Below, piece after piece: positions 1-8,800 of a stretch of 32,000 bases of DNA (within the stretch, counting starts at the first letter, position 1; every line of letters begins with the position of its first letter). Origin of the DNA: Candidatus Electronema aureum (lineage in GTDB: Bacteria; Desulfobacterota; Desulfobulbia; Desulfobulbales; Desulfobulbaceae); the NCBI GenBank assembly GCA_004284765.1, contig NQJD01000003.1, positions 30,001-62,000 of the forward strand, written 5' to 3'. A program made the translations under genes and the position numbers. The notes beneath the pieces are model-generated. The model was not told where the DNA came from and did not search any database. It saw nothing but the letters and a program-made list of their open reading frames with translations.

Positions 1-212
1 GATCCAATCTATGCTGCTTGATTGCAGCACCACCGAATCTAAGCAGGAAAAAGCAGAGTTTGATGAGCTTCAGGTTAGTTCTCTGTGAGAAGCAGAGGGA
101 TGAGCCTGTTCGTTAATTCTCTTGCGATCTTTCGCAGGCGCGGTATAGTTCCTTGTTCATGCTGAAGAAAAACGATGCAGCAGCATATCCAAATACATAC
201 AGGAACGCACAA

Positions 213-350
213 ATGAGCGAAAAAAAGTCACCCACAACCAATCCGCCGCGCCCAATCCCGCAGCAGAAGCAGCAAAAGCAAGGGCAGAACAAGGGCTACA
301 ATGCGCCTCCTCCTCCCAAGCCGCAAGTGCCGTCAAAGAAAGGCCGATAA
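213..350 (+). CDS. hypothetical small Pro/Gln/Lys-rich protein (45 aa from ATG 213; frame is open from TTG 153)
   Basis: ORF track 153..350. The sequence MSEKKSPTTNPPRPIPQQKQQKQGQNKGYNAPPPPKPQVPSKKGR is low-complexity. AGGA (201-204) lies 8 nt before ATG 213. I recognise no family. Confidence 0.25.
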   Translation: MSEKKSPTTNPPRPIPQQKQQKQGQNKGYNAPPPPKPQVPSKKGR

Positions 351-469
351 GTACAAGGATGGGGCTTTTTGCTTGATACAGTTGACGTTATCAACGCATT
401 TGCCCCACCATCATTTCAATAGGGAAGTTTATGTTTTGATTGCGCGAAAGACCGCTCTTGTCGATTCCA

Positions 470-1210
470 ATGAACCTACAGGAAGACCCGATAAAACCCG
501 GCGAAGGCCATCGTCAACGGTTACGTGACCGATTTCAGGCCCAAGGCATGGACGCTCTGACCGATACTGAGGTCATTGAACTGCTGCTGACATTCGGCAC
601 GCCTCGTTCCGATTGCCGTCCTTCAGCGGAGGAAGCCATGCAGCGGTTCAAAACACTGCCGGAAGTTTTAGACGCGCATCCAACAGCCTTGGAAAAGGTC
701 AAAGGCATGGGGCCAAAAAACATCTTTGCTCTTCAATTCATTCAAGGTGTGGCACGGCGTTATCTCCGCCAGCGAATTCAGAAAAAGAACTACGTCACCT
801 CATCTAAAGACGTGGCCGATTATCTCATTCATGCCCTGCGCAGTCTGCGCCGCGAGGTTTTCATGGCCGTCTATCTTGATGCCTCGCACGCAGTCATTGA
901 CAGCGAAATTCTCTCTGAAGGCACCATCAACGTCAATACCGTTTATCCCCGCGAATTGATTAAGGCAGCACTGTCCCGCAATGCTGCCGCCTTGGTCATC
1001 GCCCACAACCATCCGTCGGGTAGTCTCCAGCCTTCGGCGCAGGACGAACAGCTCACCCGCACACTCTTCCTGATGTGTTCTTTCATGAATATCAACTTGC
1101 TCGATCATCTGATTATCGGTGCGGGCGAGACCGTCTATAGCTTTGCCGATCAAGGTCAGATGGCTGCTGTCCGCAACGACTGCGCTGCCCTTCGCTCTCG
1201 GCTGGCCTGA
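470..1210 (+). CDS. radC: RadC-like JAB/MPN-domain protein (UPF0758 family)
   Basis: ORF track 440..1210. N-terminal segment PIKPGEGHRQRLRDRF..LTDTEVIELLLTFGTP and a helix-hairpin-helix GMGPKN. C-terminal JAMM motif AHNHPSGSLQPSAQD. ATG 470 fits homologue N-termini better than TTG 440. Confidence 0.85.
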   Translation: MNLQEDPIKPGEGHRQRLRDRFQAQGMDALTDTEVIELLLTFGTPRSDCRPSAEEAMQRFKTLPEVLDAHPTALEKVKGMGPKNIFALQFIQGVARRYLRQRIQKKNYVTSSKDVADYLIHALRSLRREVFMAVYLDASHAVIDSEILSEGTINVNTVYPRELIKAALSRNAAALVIAHNHPSGSLQPSAQDEQLTRTLFLMCSFMNINLLDHLIIGAGETVYSFADQGQMAAVRNDCAALRSRLA

Positions 1211-1309
1211 GTTTAATACAGCTAACATGGTGGATGATAAGACAGAGGCAAGAATTTAGATGAATTACGGTTCATCTATTACCCTTTAGCGAGCGGAATT
1301 TGGAACGAG

Positions 1310-1422
1310 GTTTGCGAAGAAGTGCGCCCCCGGTGAAGGGGGCGCGGTTGTCGGTTCTCGTGATGAGCAACCTTATATGGTCAAAACGTGTTTCAATCCA
1401 CGCACCCACAAAGGGGAGCGAC
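1310..1422 (-). CRISPR. orphan mini-array or array remnant: two degenerate type I-C-family repeats flanking one 41-nt spacer
   Basis: Minus strand 1422->1390 reads GTCGCTCCCCTTTGTGGGTGCGTGGATTGAAAC, against the recalled canonical I-C repeat GTCGCGCCCCGCACGGGCGCGTGGATTGAAAC. Minus strand 1348->1310 reads ACCGCGCCCCCTTCACCGGGGGCGCACTTCTTCGCAAAC, with a perfect 8-bp GC stem and a diverged tail. No cas genes occur in the window. Confidence 0.45.
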
Positions 1423-1662
1423 TTTTGCTAAATAAGGCTTCAGCAGACCTTCTTCAGGGGGGACAGAAGTTACCTAATGAAGTATCTAAGGACTTCGATC
1501 AGTGTTGTTGCCGTGATGCTGGCTAACACTGACATCCAAAACTCTTCCATCGTACACCTCTCTTGGTTCGTGGTTATAAGCAGTTGGACATAATTAACCG
1601 CTTGCCTTAGCCGTAAGAAGAGGGTATTCTGTTATAAACAGAACCACTCTTACTGTGGTGTT

Positions 1663-1713
1663 ACGCGCTGAATCGAATGCCGCCAAGCAATTTACGATTC
1701 AGCGCGTTTTTTT
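1663..1713 (+). terminator. rho-independent terminator with no annotated gene upstream
   Basis: A 13-bp stem ACGCGCTGAATCG (1663-1675) / CGATTCAGCGCGT (1695-1707), a 19-nt loop, and a T7 run at 1707-1713. The T-tract is present only on the plus strand. Confidence 0.7.
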
Positions 1714-1848
1714 ATTTATACAGATAGGTTGTATGGTTTTGAACCTCCTTTTTCGTTGTGAAATAGTTAGCTCCAAGCTGAAGATGGCTATTTATACATC
1801 TCGATTAAGAGCTTTGCAAGGTAAATCTTTATTCACCTGCTGGCAACA

Positions 1849-1888
1849 TATATGTCATAACGTAAACGGATTTACGTTATGACATATA
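1849..1888. repeat. perfect 18-bp inverted repeat with a 4-nt spacer
   Basis: TATATGTCATAACGTAAA (1849-1866), CGGA, TTTACGTTATGACATATA (1871-1888). The arms are exact reverse complements. Confidence 0.9.
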
Positions 1889-2066
1889 CATTCACATCAG
1901 CATGGATGTTGGGGTTCGCTGCGTTTACCCGCAACTTGCTAGCCTCTGTAGCGCAGATGATTGAACTGGCAAACAGCATCCCCCTAGTCGGTGCCCGACT
2001 CCAAGACCATGCCCAAGCCTGGATGCAAGATTTTCCCTTCCTGCACAGGGTTCCTGCATAAATTTT

Positions 2067-2095
2067 TTGTCTTTTTGCCAAGCTGCCGGTATATT
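2067..2095 (+). promoter_or_regulatory. candidate sigma-70 promoter for the RNB ribonuclease / K+ channel genes
   Basis: TTGTCT (2067-2072), a 17-nt spacer, then TATATT (2090-2095), about 110 nt upstream of ATG 2206. Confidence 0.3.
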
Positions 2096-2205
2096 CCACC
2101 TGTTCTTCCGCGTGAGGAACACTGATCGTTCGCCGCCCCGGCCAGCGTAGATGCGGGGCAAGCCTGCATCCGGGCCTGCTCCTCAACTTTTGAAGAAATC
2201 GCATC

Positions 2206-4212
2206 ATGACCTCTCCTGGAAGCATTGTTGAATATCTGGATGCTGGCCGCTTCATCTGCGGTCTTGTCCTTCAGGACAGCAGCGGCAAGCTGCGTCTGAT
2301 TAATCAGAATGGCCGGGAGATCGTGCTGCCCGCCTCGCGGGTGCTAACGGTTTCCAAAACCCGGCATCAGATCGAAGGCAGCCGCGAAGACCGCATGGCT
2401 TTGCTCAAAGGCATGGCCGAGAACCGCGCCGCCCTTACCGGCGCTATCCCGCTAGAGGAAATCTGGGAGTTGGCTAGTGCAGAAGAGCAATCCGCTTTCC
2501 CAGCTGACTTTCTGGCTGGACTCTTCTTCGGTGGCAGCTTGAACGATGACCAATCTGCGGCCTTCCTGCGGGCGGTGTTTGAAGACCGCCTGTTCTTCAA
2601 ATTCAAGAATGAGCTGGTCAGTGTTCATAGCCCGGAGCAGGTGGAGCAACTGCGTCTTCAGCGGCAACGCGAGCAGGAAAAGGAGGATTTGCTGAAGACT
2701 GGCGCGGCTCATCTGGCAGCTCTCTCGCAAGGCACGCAGATTTCAGCCGAACAATGGCCAGAGCGTGAGCGCGTTCTCTCTTGGCTGGCTGACTTTGCCC
2801 TCTTTGGCAGCGAGGCAGTGAACTGTGATCTCGAGTTAGTCCGCCAATTACTCAAGAACGCTGGGTTAAATCGACCCAGCGATCCTTACCGAGTACTGGT
2901 ACAGGCGGGTTACTGGCAGCCAGATGAGAACATCGCCTTGCTTCAGGCAGAACAGCCAGTGGAATTCAGTCCAGAGTTGCTGGCTCATGCGAACAGCATC
3001 ACCGAACCAACTGCCGAAGAGTTGCTGGCTAATCCCAAGCGCAAGGATTTCCGCGAGCTGGATATCTTCACCATTGATGGTGCCTCCACCCGCGACTACG
3101 ACGACGCGCTGCACGTTGAGCAGCAAGAGGACGGCAGTCTTTTGGTAGGCATCCATGTCTCTGATGTCAGCTACTTTATCAGCCCGAAAGACCCGCTGTT
3201 TGTCGAGAGCTTAGAGCGGGCAACCTCGCTCTATTTCCCCGAAGGCCAAGTGCCGATGATGCCGCGCGAGCTGTCGCAAGGCGTGTTCAGCCTGATTAAA
3301 GACCGAGTGCGGCCAGCAGTGAGCTGTCTGGTCAAAATGTCACCAAAGGGTGAAATCCTCAGCAGCAAGATTGTTCTTAGCATCATCCAGGTTAAGCGGC
3401 AGCTCAGTTACAGCGAAGCTGACCGGATGGTGGAGGAGGACAACAGCCTGCGCCTGCTCAACCGGCTTCAGCTTCAGCTCCGTCAGCAGCGGGCCGGACG
3501 CGGTGCTCTGCTGCTCTCCCTACCGGACGTGAATGTCTATGTTGAGAACGGCAAGGTTTCGGTTGTGCTCACGCCTTCGGATACCCCGGCCCGCAGCATC
3601 GTGGCCGAGTGCATGATTCTTGCCAATGGCATTGCTGCTGACTACCTTGCTGCCCAGGAAGCACCAGGGCTGTTCCGCTCTCAACCGCCACCCAAGAAGC
3701 GGCTGATCGAGGGCGTGCATAACAGCTTGGCTGACATCGCTTGTCAGCGACGCTTTCTTGCCCGTGGCGAGCTGACTGCTAACCCCAAACCGCATTCTGG
3801 CCTTGGCCTCAACTGCTACACCACCGTAACCTCGCCAATCAGGCGGGTCTTAGACACAGCGATACAGCTACAAATTACCAACATGATCAGCGGCAAAGGC
3901 ATCCTCTTCTCCATGGACGAATGCCGAAAATTTGTCGGGATCATTCAGGAGAAGCTCTCCCGTGCCAACAAGGTGCGCCAGCAACGGCACCGTTACTGGA
4001 TACTGCGTTGGCTGGAAGAGCAGGTCGGCAAAACTCTGCCTGCCTTGGTGGTCAACAGCGGCCCGCAGCGAGTCAGTGCCTTGCTCTTGGATTGTCTCTT
4101 TGATGTTGATCTACCTGTTCATCCCTCGTTGCAGGCCGAGCCAGGCGATGAAGTCAACGTCCGCATTGCCAAGGTGGATGCGTTGGAGAACACGCTGCGG
4201 GTGGAGTGGTAA
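2206..4212 (+). CDS. RNB-domain 3'-5' exoribonuclease (RNase II/R family)
   Basis: 668-aa ORF. RNB catalytic motifs [17 protein letters not shown] and [12 protein letters not shown]. The C-terminal S1-like tail ends [12 protein letters not shown]. Confidence 0.85.
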   Translation: MTSPGSIVEYLDAGRFICGLVLQDSSGKLRLINQNGREIVLPASRVLTVSKTRHQIEGSREDRMALLKGMAENRAALTGAIPLEEIWELASAEEQSAFPADFLAGLFFGGSLNDDQSAAFLRAVFEDRLFFKFKNELVSVHSPEQVEQLRLQRQREQEKEDLLKTGAAHLAALSQGTQISAEQWPERERVLSWLADFALFGSEAVNCDLELVRQLLKNAGLNRPSDPYRVLVQAGYWQPDENIALLQAEQPVEFSPELLAHANSITEPTAEELLANPKRKDFRELDIFTIDGASTRDYDDALHVEQQEDGSLLVGIHVSDVSYFISPKDPLFVESLERATSLYFPEGQVPMMPRELSQGVFSLIKDRVRPAVSCLVKMSPKGEILSSKIVLSIIQVKRQLSYSEADRMVEEDNSLRLLNRLQLQLRQQRAGRGALLLSLPDVNVYVENGKVSVVLTPSDTPARSIVAECMILANGIAADYLAAQEAPGLFRSQPPPKKRLIEGVHNSLADIACQRRFLARGELTANPKPHSGLGLNCYTTVTSPIRRVLDTAIQLQITNMISGKGILFSMDECRKFVGIIQEKLSRANKVRQQRHRYWILRWLEEQVGKTLPALVVNSGPQRVSALLLDCLFDVDLPVHPSLQAEPGDEVNVRIAKVDALENTLRVEW

Positions 4213-4221
4213 TGTCGGGCG

Positions 4222-5259
4222 ATGCGCGACAGTTCCTTGCTCGCTCGACTGCGCAAGCGGATTGATACAGCATTCCGCAAATATATCCTCCCAGCTTTCC
4301 CACTGCTGCTCCTCCTCGTGGCCGGGCCGCTTGGCTACGAGTTGCTGGAGGGCTTCAGCTTCCTTGAAGGGCTGTATCTGACTGCGATCACCATCACCAC
4401 GGTTGGTTACGGCGACCTTGCGCCGAAAACCATTGGTGGTCGCCTCTTCACTATCCTGCTGATTTTCTCCGGGGTAGGCTATGTCATGTACCTGTTCAGC
4501 CAGATCACCGAGGCAATGATCGAAGGCGGATTGCGGCATATCGTTGTCAAAAGACAAATGCAGAAAAAGATAACTAAACTGCAAGATCATTACATTGTCT
4601 GTGGTTTTGGCAGAATTGGCCAAGAAATTTGCTCTATCCTCAAGGAGAATAACCGCTCTTTTGTAGTGATTGAAAGCGACGAAGGTGTGATTGATTCGAT
4701 AGATCGACTCGGCTACCCAGAATTAAAAGGAGATGCCTCTGATGATGATATTTTGCTGGCCGCTGGGATTAAGCAAGCACGCGGTTTGGTGACTGTCGTC
4801 TCGTCAGATGAAAAAAATGTTTATATCACGCTCACTGCACGGGAGCTGAATCAGAAATTGTTTATCCTTGCCCGTTCCAGCGGGATGCACGGTGCAGCCA
4901 AAAAGCTGGAGCGAGCTGGAGCCAGCCGAGTGATTTCGCCTTACTGCATCGGCGCGCGCCGGATGGCCCAGCTTATTGTTCGACCTACAGTGGTTGATTT
5001 CCTTGATTTAGCCACGCAAGCAGGTGATTTAGGTCTGCGCATGGAAGAACTGATGGTGGGCAAGCAAGCCGCTTATGTCGGTAAAACCCTGATGGAAACC
5101 GGGGTTCGACAAAAATACGGCATCATTGTCGTAGCAATCAAACGGGAAGATATGCCTATGATCTTCAACCCTGGCTCAGAAACCAAAATTATGGCAGGCG
5201 ATATCCTGATTGTGCTGGGGGAAAGCAGCCATATCTCTGCCCTATCCGAGACCTTGTAG
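4222..5259 (+). CDS. two-TM potassium channel with cytoplasmic RCK/TrkA domains
   Basis: K+ selectivity filter TTVGYGD between two hydrophobic helices. Rossmann motif VCGFGRIGQEI (TrkA-N) and a C-terminal TrkA-C-like segment. It starts 9 nt after the RNB gene stop. Confidence 0.85.
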   Translation: MRDSSLLARLRKRIDTAFRKYILPAFPLLLLLVAGPLGYELLEGFSFLEGLYLTAITITTVGYGDLAPKTIGGRLFTILLIFSGVGYVMYLFSQITEAMIEGGLRHIVVKRQMQKKITKLQDHYIVCGFGRIGQEICSILKENNRSFVVIESDEGVIDSIDRLGYPELKGDASDDDILLAAGIKQARGLVTVVSSDEKNVYITLTARELNQKLFILARSSGMHGAAKKLERAGASRVISPYCIGARRMAQLIVRPTVVDFLDLATQAGDLGLRMEELMVGKQAAYVGKTLMETGVRQKYGIIVVAIKREDMPMIFNPGSETKIMAGDILIVLGESSHISALSETL

Positions 5260-5319
5260 ATACTCTGAAAATTGCTGCTGGCCGCTGTTCTCACTACCAG
5301 CCTGCATCTTTCGCTTTTC

Positions 5320-5347
5320 TTGACTTGCAGGGCAGCCGTCATATAGT
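5320..5347 (+). promoter_or_regulatory. candidate sigma-70 promoter for the SH3-hslV-hslU unit
   Basis: TTGACT (5320-5325), a 16-nt spacer, then TATAGT (5342-5347), about 85 nt upstream of ATG 5431. Confidence 0.45.
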
Positions 5348-5430
5348 GTAGCCTGATAGCTTTTCAGTGTTACAAGAGCCGAGCGTCGGCAGAGTCAAAG
5401 TAAGATCACCGCCAACAGAAAACCAGAAGG

Positions 5431-6045
5431 ATGACAGCTTCCATGAATAGGGGTAATTGTGCCGCACATCTTTTTTTAGAACGCGCTGTTTTGACGGCTG
5501 GGCCACGCCGCCTGTTCCCGCTGCTTGTTGCAGCTGCGCTCTTAATGCCTGTTTTGGCTGTAGCAGAGAACCTTTTTGTCTCGGCCAACATAGATGTGCC
5601 GGTGCGAAGAGGGGCTGGGGAACAGTACAAGATCATCAAGATGGTTAAAGTCAGTGATCGAGCCGAACTCATAGAGGAAAAAAATGGCTGGGCCAAAGTG
5701 CGGTTTCAGGACGGCGTGGACGGTTGGTTGCCCAAGTTGCTCTTGACTCCTATTGCTCCGCCGGTTGAGGATATTAAAAAACTGCGAACAGAAAATGAGC
5801 AAATCCAGCGAAAAAATAGTGAGTTGAGTATGGAACTGAGTGCTCTCAAAGAACATCAAGACGGCGAAGGTGACAAATTAGCTGCCTGTATTAGCGATCA
5901 AAACGCGATCAAGGCCGAGCGGAGAGCGGCGGAGGATGCGGGTAAAGCCCTTTGGTTCCTGTCTGGTGGCGGCGTGCTGTTGCTCGGCTGGCTGCTCGGT
6001 CGCCTTTCTCACAGTCCGCAGCGCAAAAAAAGCAGTCTCCGCTGA
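5431..6045 (+). CDS. SH3-domain membrane protein (YgiM/TIGR04211-like)
   Basis: N-terminal signal/TM segment. SH3_3-like core ([35 protein letters not shown]), a coiled coil, and a C-terminal TM ([18 protein letters not shown]). Confidence 0.7.
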   Translation: MTASMNRGNCAAHLFLERAVLTAGPRRLFPLLVAAALLMPVLAVAENLFVSANIDVPVRRGAGEQYKIIKMVKVSDRAELIEEKNGWAKVRFQDGVDGWLPKLLLTPIAPPVEDIKKLRTENEQIQRKNSELSMELSALKEHQDGEGDKLAACISDQNAIKAERRAAEDAGKALWFLSGGGVLLLGWLLGRLSHSPQRKKSSLR

Positions 6046-6064
6046 TCACTTTTCTAACGAAGAT

Positions 6065-6619
6065 ATGAAACAGATACGTTCAACAACTATTCTTGCGATC
6101 CGGCACAAAGGCGAAGTAGTCATGGCCGGAGACGGCCAAGTTTCGCTCGGCCAAACCGTAATCAAGCACAATGCCCGTAAAGTGCGCAGACTGCATCAAG
6201 ATCGGGTAATCACCGGCTTTGCTGGATCCACCGCCGATGCCTTCACGCTTTACGACCGGTTGGAGCAGAAGTTAGAGCAGTTCAACGGCAACCTGATGCG
6301 GGCCGCTGTGGAGTTAGCCAAAGACTGGCGCACAGACAAGATGCTCCGTCGCCTTGAGGCGATGATGATCGCGGTTGATAGCAAATATTCCCTGCTTCTT
6401 TCCGGCAGCGGTGACGTAATCGAGTCTGACGACGGTATTCTCGCTATCGGCTCCGGCGGAGCTTTTGCCCAAGCTGCGGCAACGGCCTTGGTCGCTCATT
6501 CCAATTTAGATGCGGAAATGATTGCCCGTGAGTCTATGAAGATTGCCGCTTCTATCTGCGTATATACCAATCACAACTTGATTGTGGAAAAGGTGCAGGC
6601 CGCTCCCAAGGTTGAGTAG
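6065..6619 (+). CDS. hslV: ATP-dependent protease subunit HslV
   Basis: The ORF track frame 5936..6619 contains [29 protein letters not shown], with the catalytic N-terminal Thr region. ATG 6065 gives a typical length of about 184 aa. Confidence 0.92.
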   Translation: MKQIRSTTILAIRHKGEVVMAGDGQVSLGQTVIKHNARKVRRLHQDRVITGFAGSTADAFTLYDRLEQKLEQFNGNLMRAAVELAKDWRTDKMLRRLEAMMIAVDSKYSLLLSGSGDVIESDDGILAIGSGGAFAQAAATALVAHSNLDAEMIARESMKIAASICVYTNHNLIVEKVQAAPKVE

Positions 6620-6650
6620 AGACTGAAAATCTTAGTCCCTACTGGCCTCA

Positions 6651-8069
6651 ATGACGAACAAAATATTTATGAACCCATTGAATTCTCTCACCCCTAAGCA
6701 GATTGTGCAGGAGTTAGACCGCTATATCATAGGTCAAAATGAGGCCAAACGCTCCGTGGCCATCGCTCTCCGCAGTCGCTGGCGGCGGCAGCAGGTGCCG
6801 CCTCCTTTGCGCGAAGAAATTGCGCCGAAAAATATCATCATGATCGGCCCTACTGGGGTGGGAAAGACAGAAATCGCCCGGCGGCTGGCTCATCTTGCTC
6901 AGTCGCCCTTTCTCAAAGTCGAAGCCTCTAAGTTCACCGAGGTTGGTTATGTAGGTCGCGATGTGGAGTCAATGATTCGTGATTTAGTACAGTTAGCGGT
7001 CAACATGGTGACGAAGGAGGAGGAGGAAGGCGTGGCGGCCAAAGCTGCCGTTGCTGCGGAAGAGCGGCTTCTTGACCTACTTCTGCCGCCGCTGCCCGCG
7101 AAAAAGCCAATCAATGAGGACGAGGTAATTGTCTTGCCGTATGACGAGGGCGGTGAAGAGAGTAATCTGCGCGGCAGTATGGAGAAAACTCGCGAAAAAT
7201 TGCGCCGGATGCTCCACAGCGGTGAGTTAGATGATCGCTTAGTTGAGTTGAAGGTAGCCACCGGCAAGCCGCAAGGTCCGATTGTTGAGGTTTTTTCTAC
7301 CTCCGGCATGGAAGACATGCAGTCCTCGCTGCAAGAGGCGTTTTCTAAAATTTTCCCCGGCCAGAAGCAAGAGCGCAAAGTCAGGGTGCCGGAAGCTCTC
7401 GAATATTTGAAGAAAGAAGAGGCGCACAAACTGGTCGATACTGAAAGCGTAGCAGAAAAGGCCGTGCGCCGTACCGAGCAGACTGGCATTATTTTTCTCG
7501 ATGAAATCGATAAGATCGCTTCACGCGGCGGTGGTGGCCACGGCCCAGATGTCTCGCGGGAAGGCGTACAGCGCGACCTTCTGCCCATTGTTGAAGGCTC
7601 GACCGTAACCACCAAATACGGCCCAGTGCGTACCGATCATATTCTCTTTATCGCTTCCGGCGCCTTTTATACTAACAAACCCTCGGATTTGGCCCCAGAG
7701 CTGCAAGGCCGCTTCCCTATTCGGGTGAATCTGAACGCCCTTGGTGAAGAAGAATTTTTCCGCATCCTTACCGAGCCAAACAACGCCCTGATCAAGCAAT
7801 ACATCGCGTTGCTGAACACCGAGGGGATCGAGCTGAAATTTGACGAAGCGGCGATTCAAGAGATGGCGCGGATTGCGGCAGAGGTTAATCGCAAGACCGA
7901 GGATATCGGCGCGCGGCGGCTGCATACCGTGATCGAATGCGTTTTAGACAAACTTTCCTACGATGCCTCAGAGCTGGACGAGCAGTTGTTCACCGTGACA
8001 GCGGAATATGTCCGGCAACAGCTTTCTGTTATTTCAGAAAATGAGGATTTGAGCAGGTATATTCTGTAA
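6651..8069 (+). CDS. hslU: ATP-dependent protease ATPase subunit HslU
   Basis: [34 protein letters not shown], Walker [16 protein letters not shown], Walker [11 protein letters not shown], and an I-domain insertion. An alternative start is ATG 6669. Confidence 0.93.
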   Translation: MTNKIFMNPLNSLTPKQIVQELDRYIIGQNEAKRSVAIALRSRWRRQQVPPPLREEIAPKNIIMIGPTGVGKTEIARRLAHLAQSPFLKVEASKFTEVGYVGRDVESMIRDLVQLAVNMVTKEEEEGVAAKAAVAAEERLLDLLLPPLPAKKPINEDEVIVLPYDEGGEESNLRGSMEKTREKLRRMLHSGELDDRLVELKVATGKPQGPIVEVFSTSGMEDMQSSLQEAFSKIFPGQKQERKVRVPEALEYLKKEEAHKLVDTESVAEKAVRRTEQTGIIFLDEIDKIASRGGGGHGPDVSREGVQRDLLPIVEGSTVTTKYGPVRTDHILFIASGAFYTNKPSDLAPELQGRFPIRVNLNALGEEEFFRILTEPNNALIKQYIALLNTEGIELKFDEAAIQEMARIAAEVNRKTEDIGARRLHTVIECVLDKLSYDASELDEQLFTVTAEYVRQQLSVISENEDLSRYIL

Positions 8070-8102
8070 TGCGGTCAGATTATCTTTGTTCATGAGTATG
8101 AT

Positions 8103-8126
8103 AGAGGTAAAGGCTCTTTCCTCTTT
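8103..8126 (+). terminator. possible hslU terminator hairpin
   Basis: AGAGG(T)AAAG, loop GCT, CTTTCCTCT: 9 bp with one bulge, followed by only TT. The U-tail is weak. Confidence 0.3.
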
Positions 8127-8129
8127 GGT

Positions 8130-8795
8130 ATGCAATCAGTTTATCTTGGGCAGCTGATGAAAAAAAAGCAGAAGATTCTGGCAGGATTTGTCGTGGTCAT
8201 GTTTTTGATCATGGTCAGTCTTTCTGGAATTAATCTGCTCATCAACAGCTCTGCGCAATACACCTTTGACAACATTAAAGAGTTACAGCCTGTGTACTGT
8301 GCCATTCTTTTAGGCACCTCAAAATGGCTGGGGGAAGGGAAAAAGAATCTCTATTACCAATACAGGATAACAGCAGCGATAGAGCTGTATCAGAGTGGTA
8401 AATGCAGAAAGATCATTGTCTCAGGAGATAACAGCACTCTTCAGTACAATGAGCCGATGACCATGAAGCGAGACTTAGTTAAAGCAGGAGTGAAAGAAGA
8501 AAATGTGATCTGCGATTATGCTGGATTCAGAACATTAGATTCTATCTTGCGCTTTAAAGAAATTTTTGGTCAAAACAAAGGCATTGTTATATCTCAAAAA
8601 TTTCATAACACAAGAGCAGTATATATCGGCAGACAATACGGGATTGAACTATACGGCTACAATGCTCGTGACGTAACTTTGCATTGGGGTTTAAAAACAC
8701 GGATTAGAGAGTTTTTCTCTAAAGTTATGTGCTTTGTTGACGTGTATTTTTTTCATACGCAACCAAAATACTTAGGCGATACAATTATCATTTGA
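8130..8795 (+). CDS. sanA: SanA/DUF218 family inner-membrane protein
   Basis: N-terminal TM, then LGTSKW, YYQYRITAAIELYQSGK, SGDNS..YNEPMTMKRDLVKAGV and DYAGFRTLDSILR, which parallel E. coli SanA as I recall it. The likelier start is ATG 8157 (MKKKQKILAGF). The gene is visibly AT-richer than its neighbours. Confidence 0.85.
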   Translation: MQSVYLGQLMKKKQKILAGFVVVMFLIMVSLSGINLLINSSAQYTFDNIKELQPVYCAILLGTSKWLGEGKKNLYYQYRITAAIELYQSGKCRKIIVSGDNSTLQYNEPMTMKRDLVKAGVKEENVICDYAGFRTLDSILRFKEIFGQNKGIVISQKFHNTRAVYIGRQYGIELYGYNARDVTLHWGLKTRIREFFSKVMCFVDVYFFHTQPKYLGDTIII

Positions 8796-8800
8796 GCTAT

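Noticed and set aside
1-87. Open frame at the window edge (..DCSTTESKQEKAEFDELQVSSL*), possibly the 3' end of an upstream gene
   Set aside because: Only 28 codons are visible and I see no recognisable motif. It cannot be supported from this window alone.
1477-1593. 38-aa plus-strand ORF (MKYLRTSISVVAVMLANTDIQNSSIVHLSWFVVISSWT) next to the CRISPR-like units, considered as a CreT-like toxin
   Set aside because: There is no convincing SD: the G-run ends 13 nt upstream and only a weak AGAAG lies at 7 nt. There is no rare-codon or other toxin signature that I can support.
1211-1713. Possibility that the orphan transcript is tmRNA, RNase P RNA, SRP RNA, or a cobalamin or c-di-GMP riboswitch
   Set aside because: I looked for hallmark strings: the GGGGCTGA..TCCACCA ends and a tag ORF, GAGGAAAGTCC, GGAAGCAGCC, the B12 box GCCACTG, and GEMM motifs. 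None was found. The region remains unassigned rather than assigned.
1849-1888. Palindrome as a dif (XerCD) site or integron attC
   Set aside because: The arms do not resemble the dif consensus (..ATAA-6-8 nt-TTAT.. with GC-rich outer parts). The R''/R' cores do not fit RYYYAAC/GTTRRRY, and no integrase is nearby.
1872-2255. 127-aa minus-strand ORF, plus 60-78-aa ORFs, in the gap upstream of the RNB gene
   Set aside because: The sequences are Arg/Cys/Trp-rich and junk-like. They overlap the RNB gene start and each other and have no SD. The 60-aa plus-strand ORF at 1879 starts inside the palindrome arm, also with no SD.
4111-4623. 170-aa minus-strand ORF spanning the RNB/K+ channel junction
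   Set aside because: It is antisense to two well-supported genes and has no SD or family resemblance.
6947-7925. 222-aa and 134-aa minus-strand ORFs inside hslU
   Set aside because: They are Ser/Arg-rich antisense shadows, and hslU motifs occupy the plus frame throughout.
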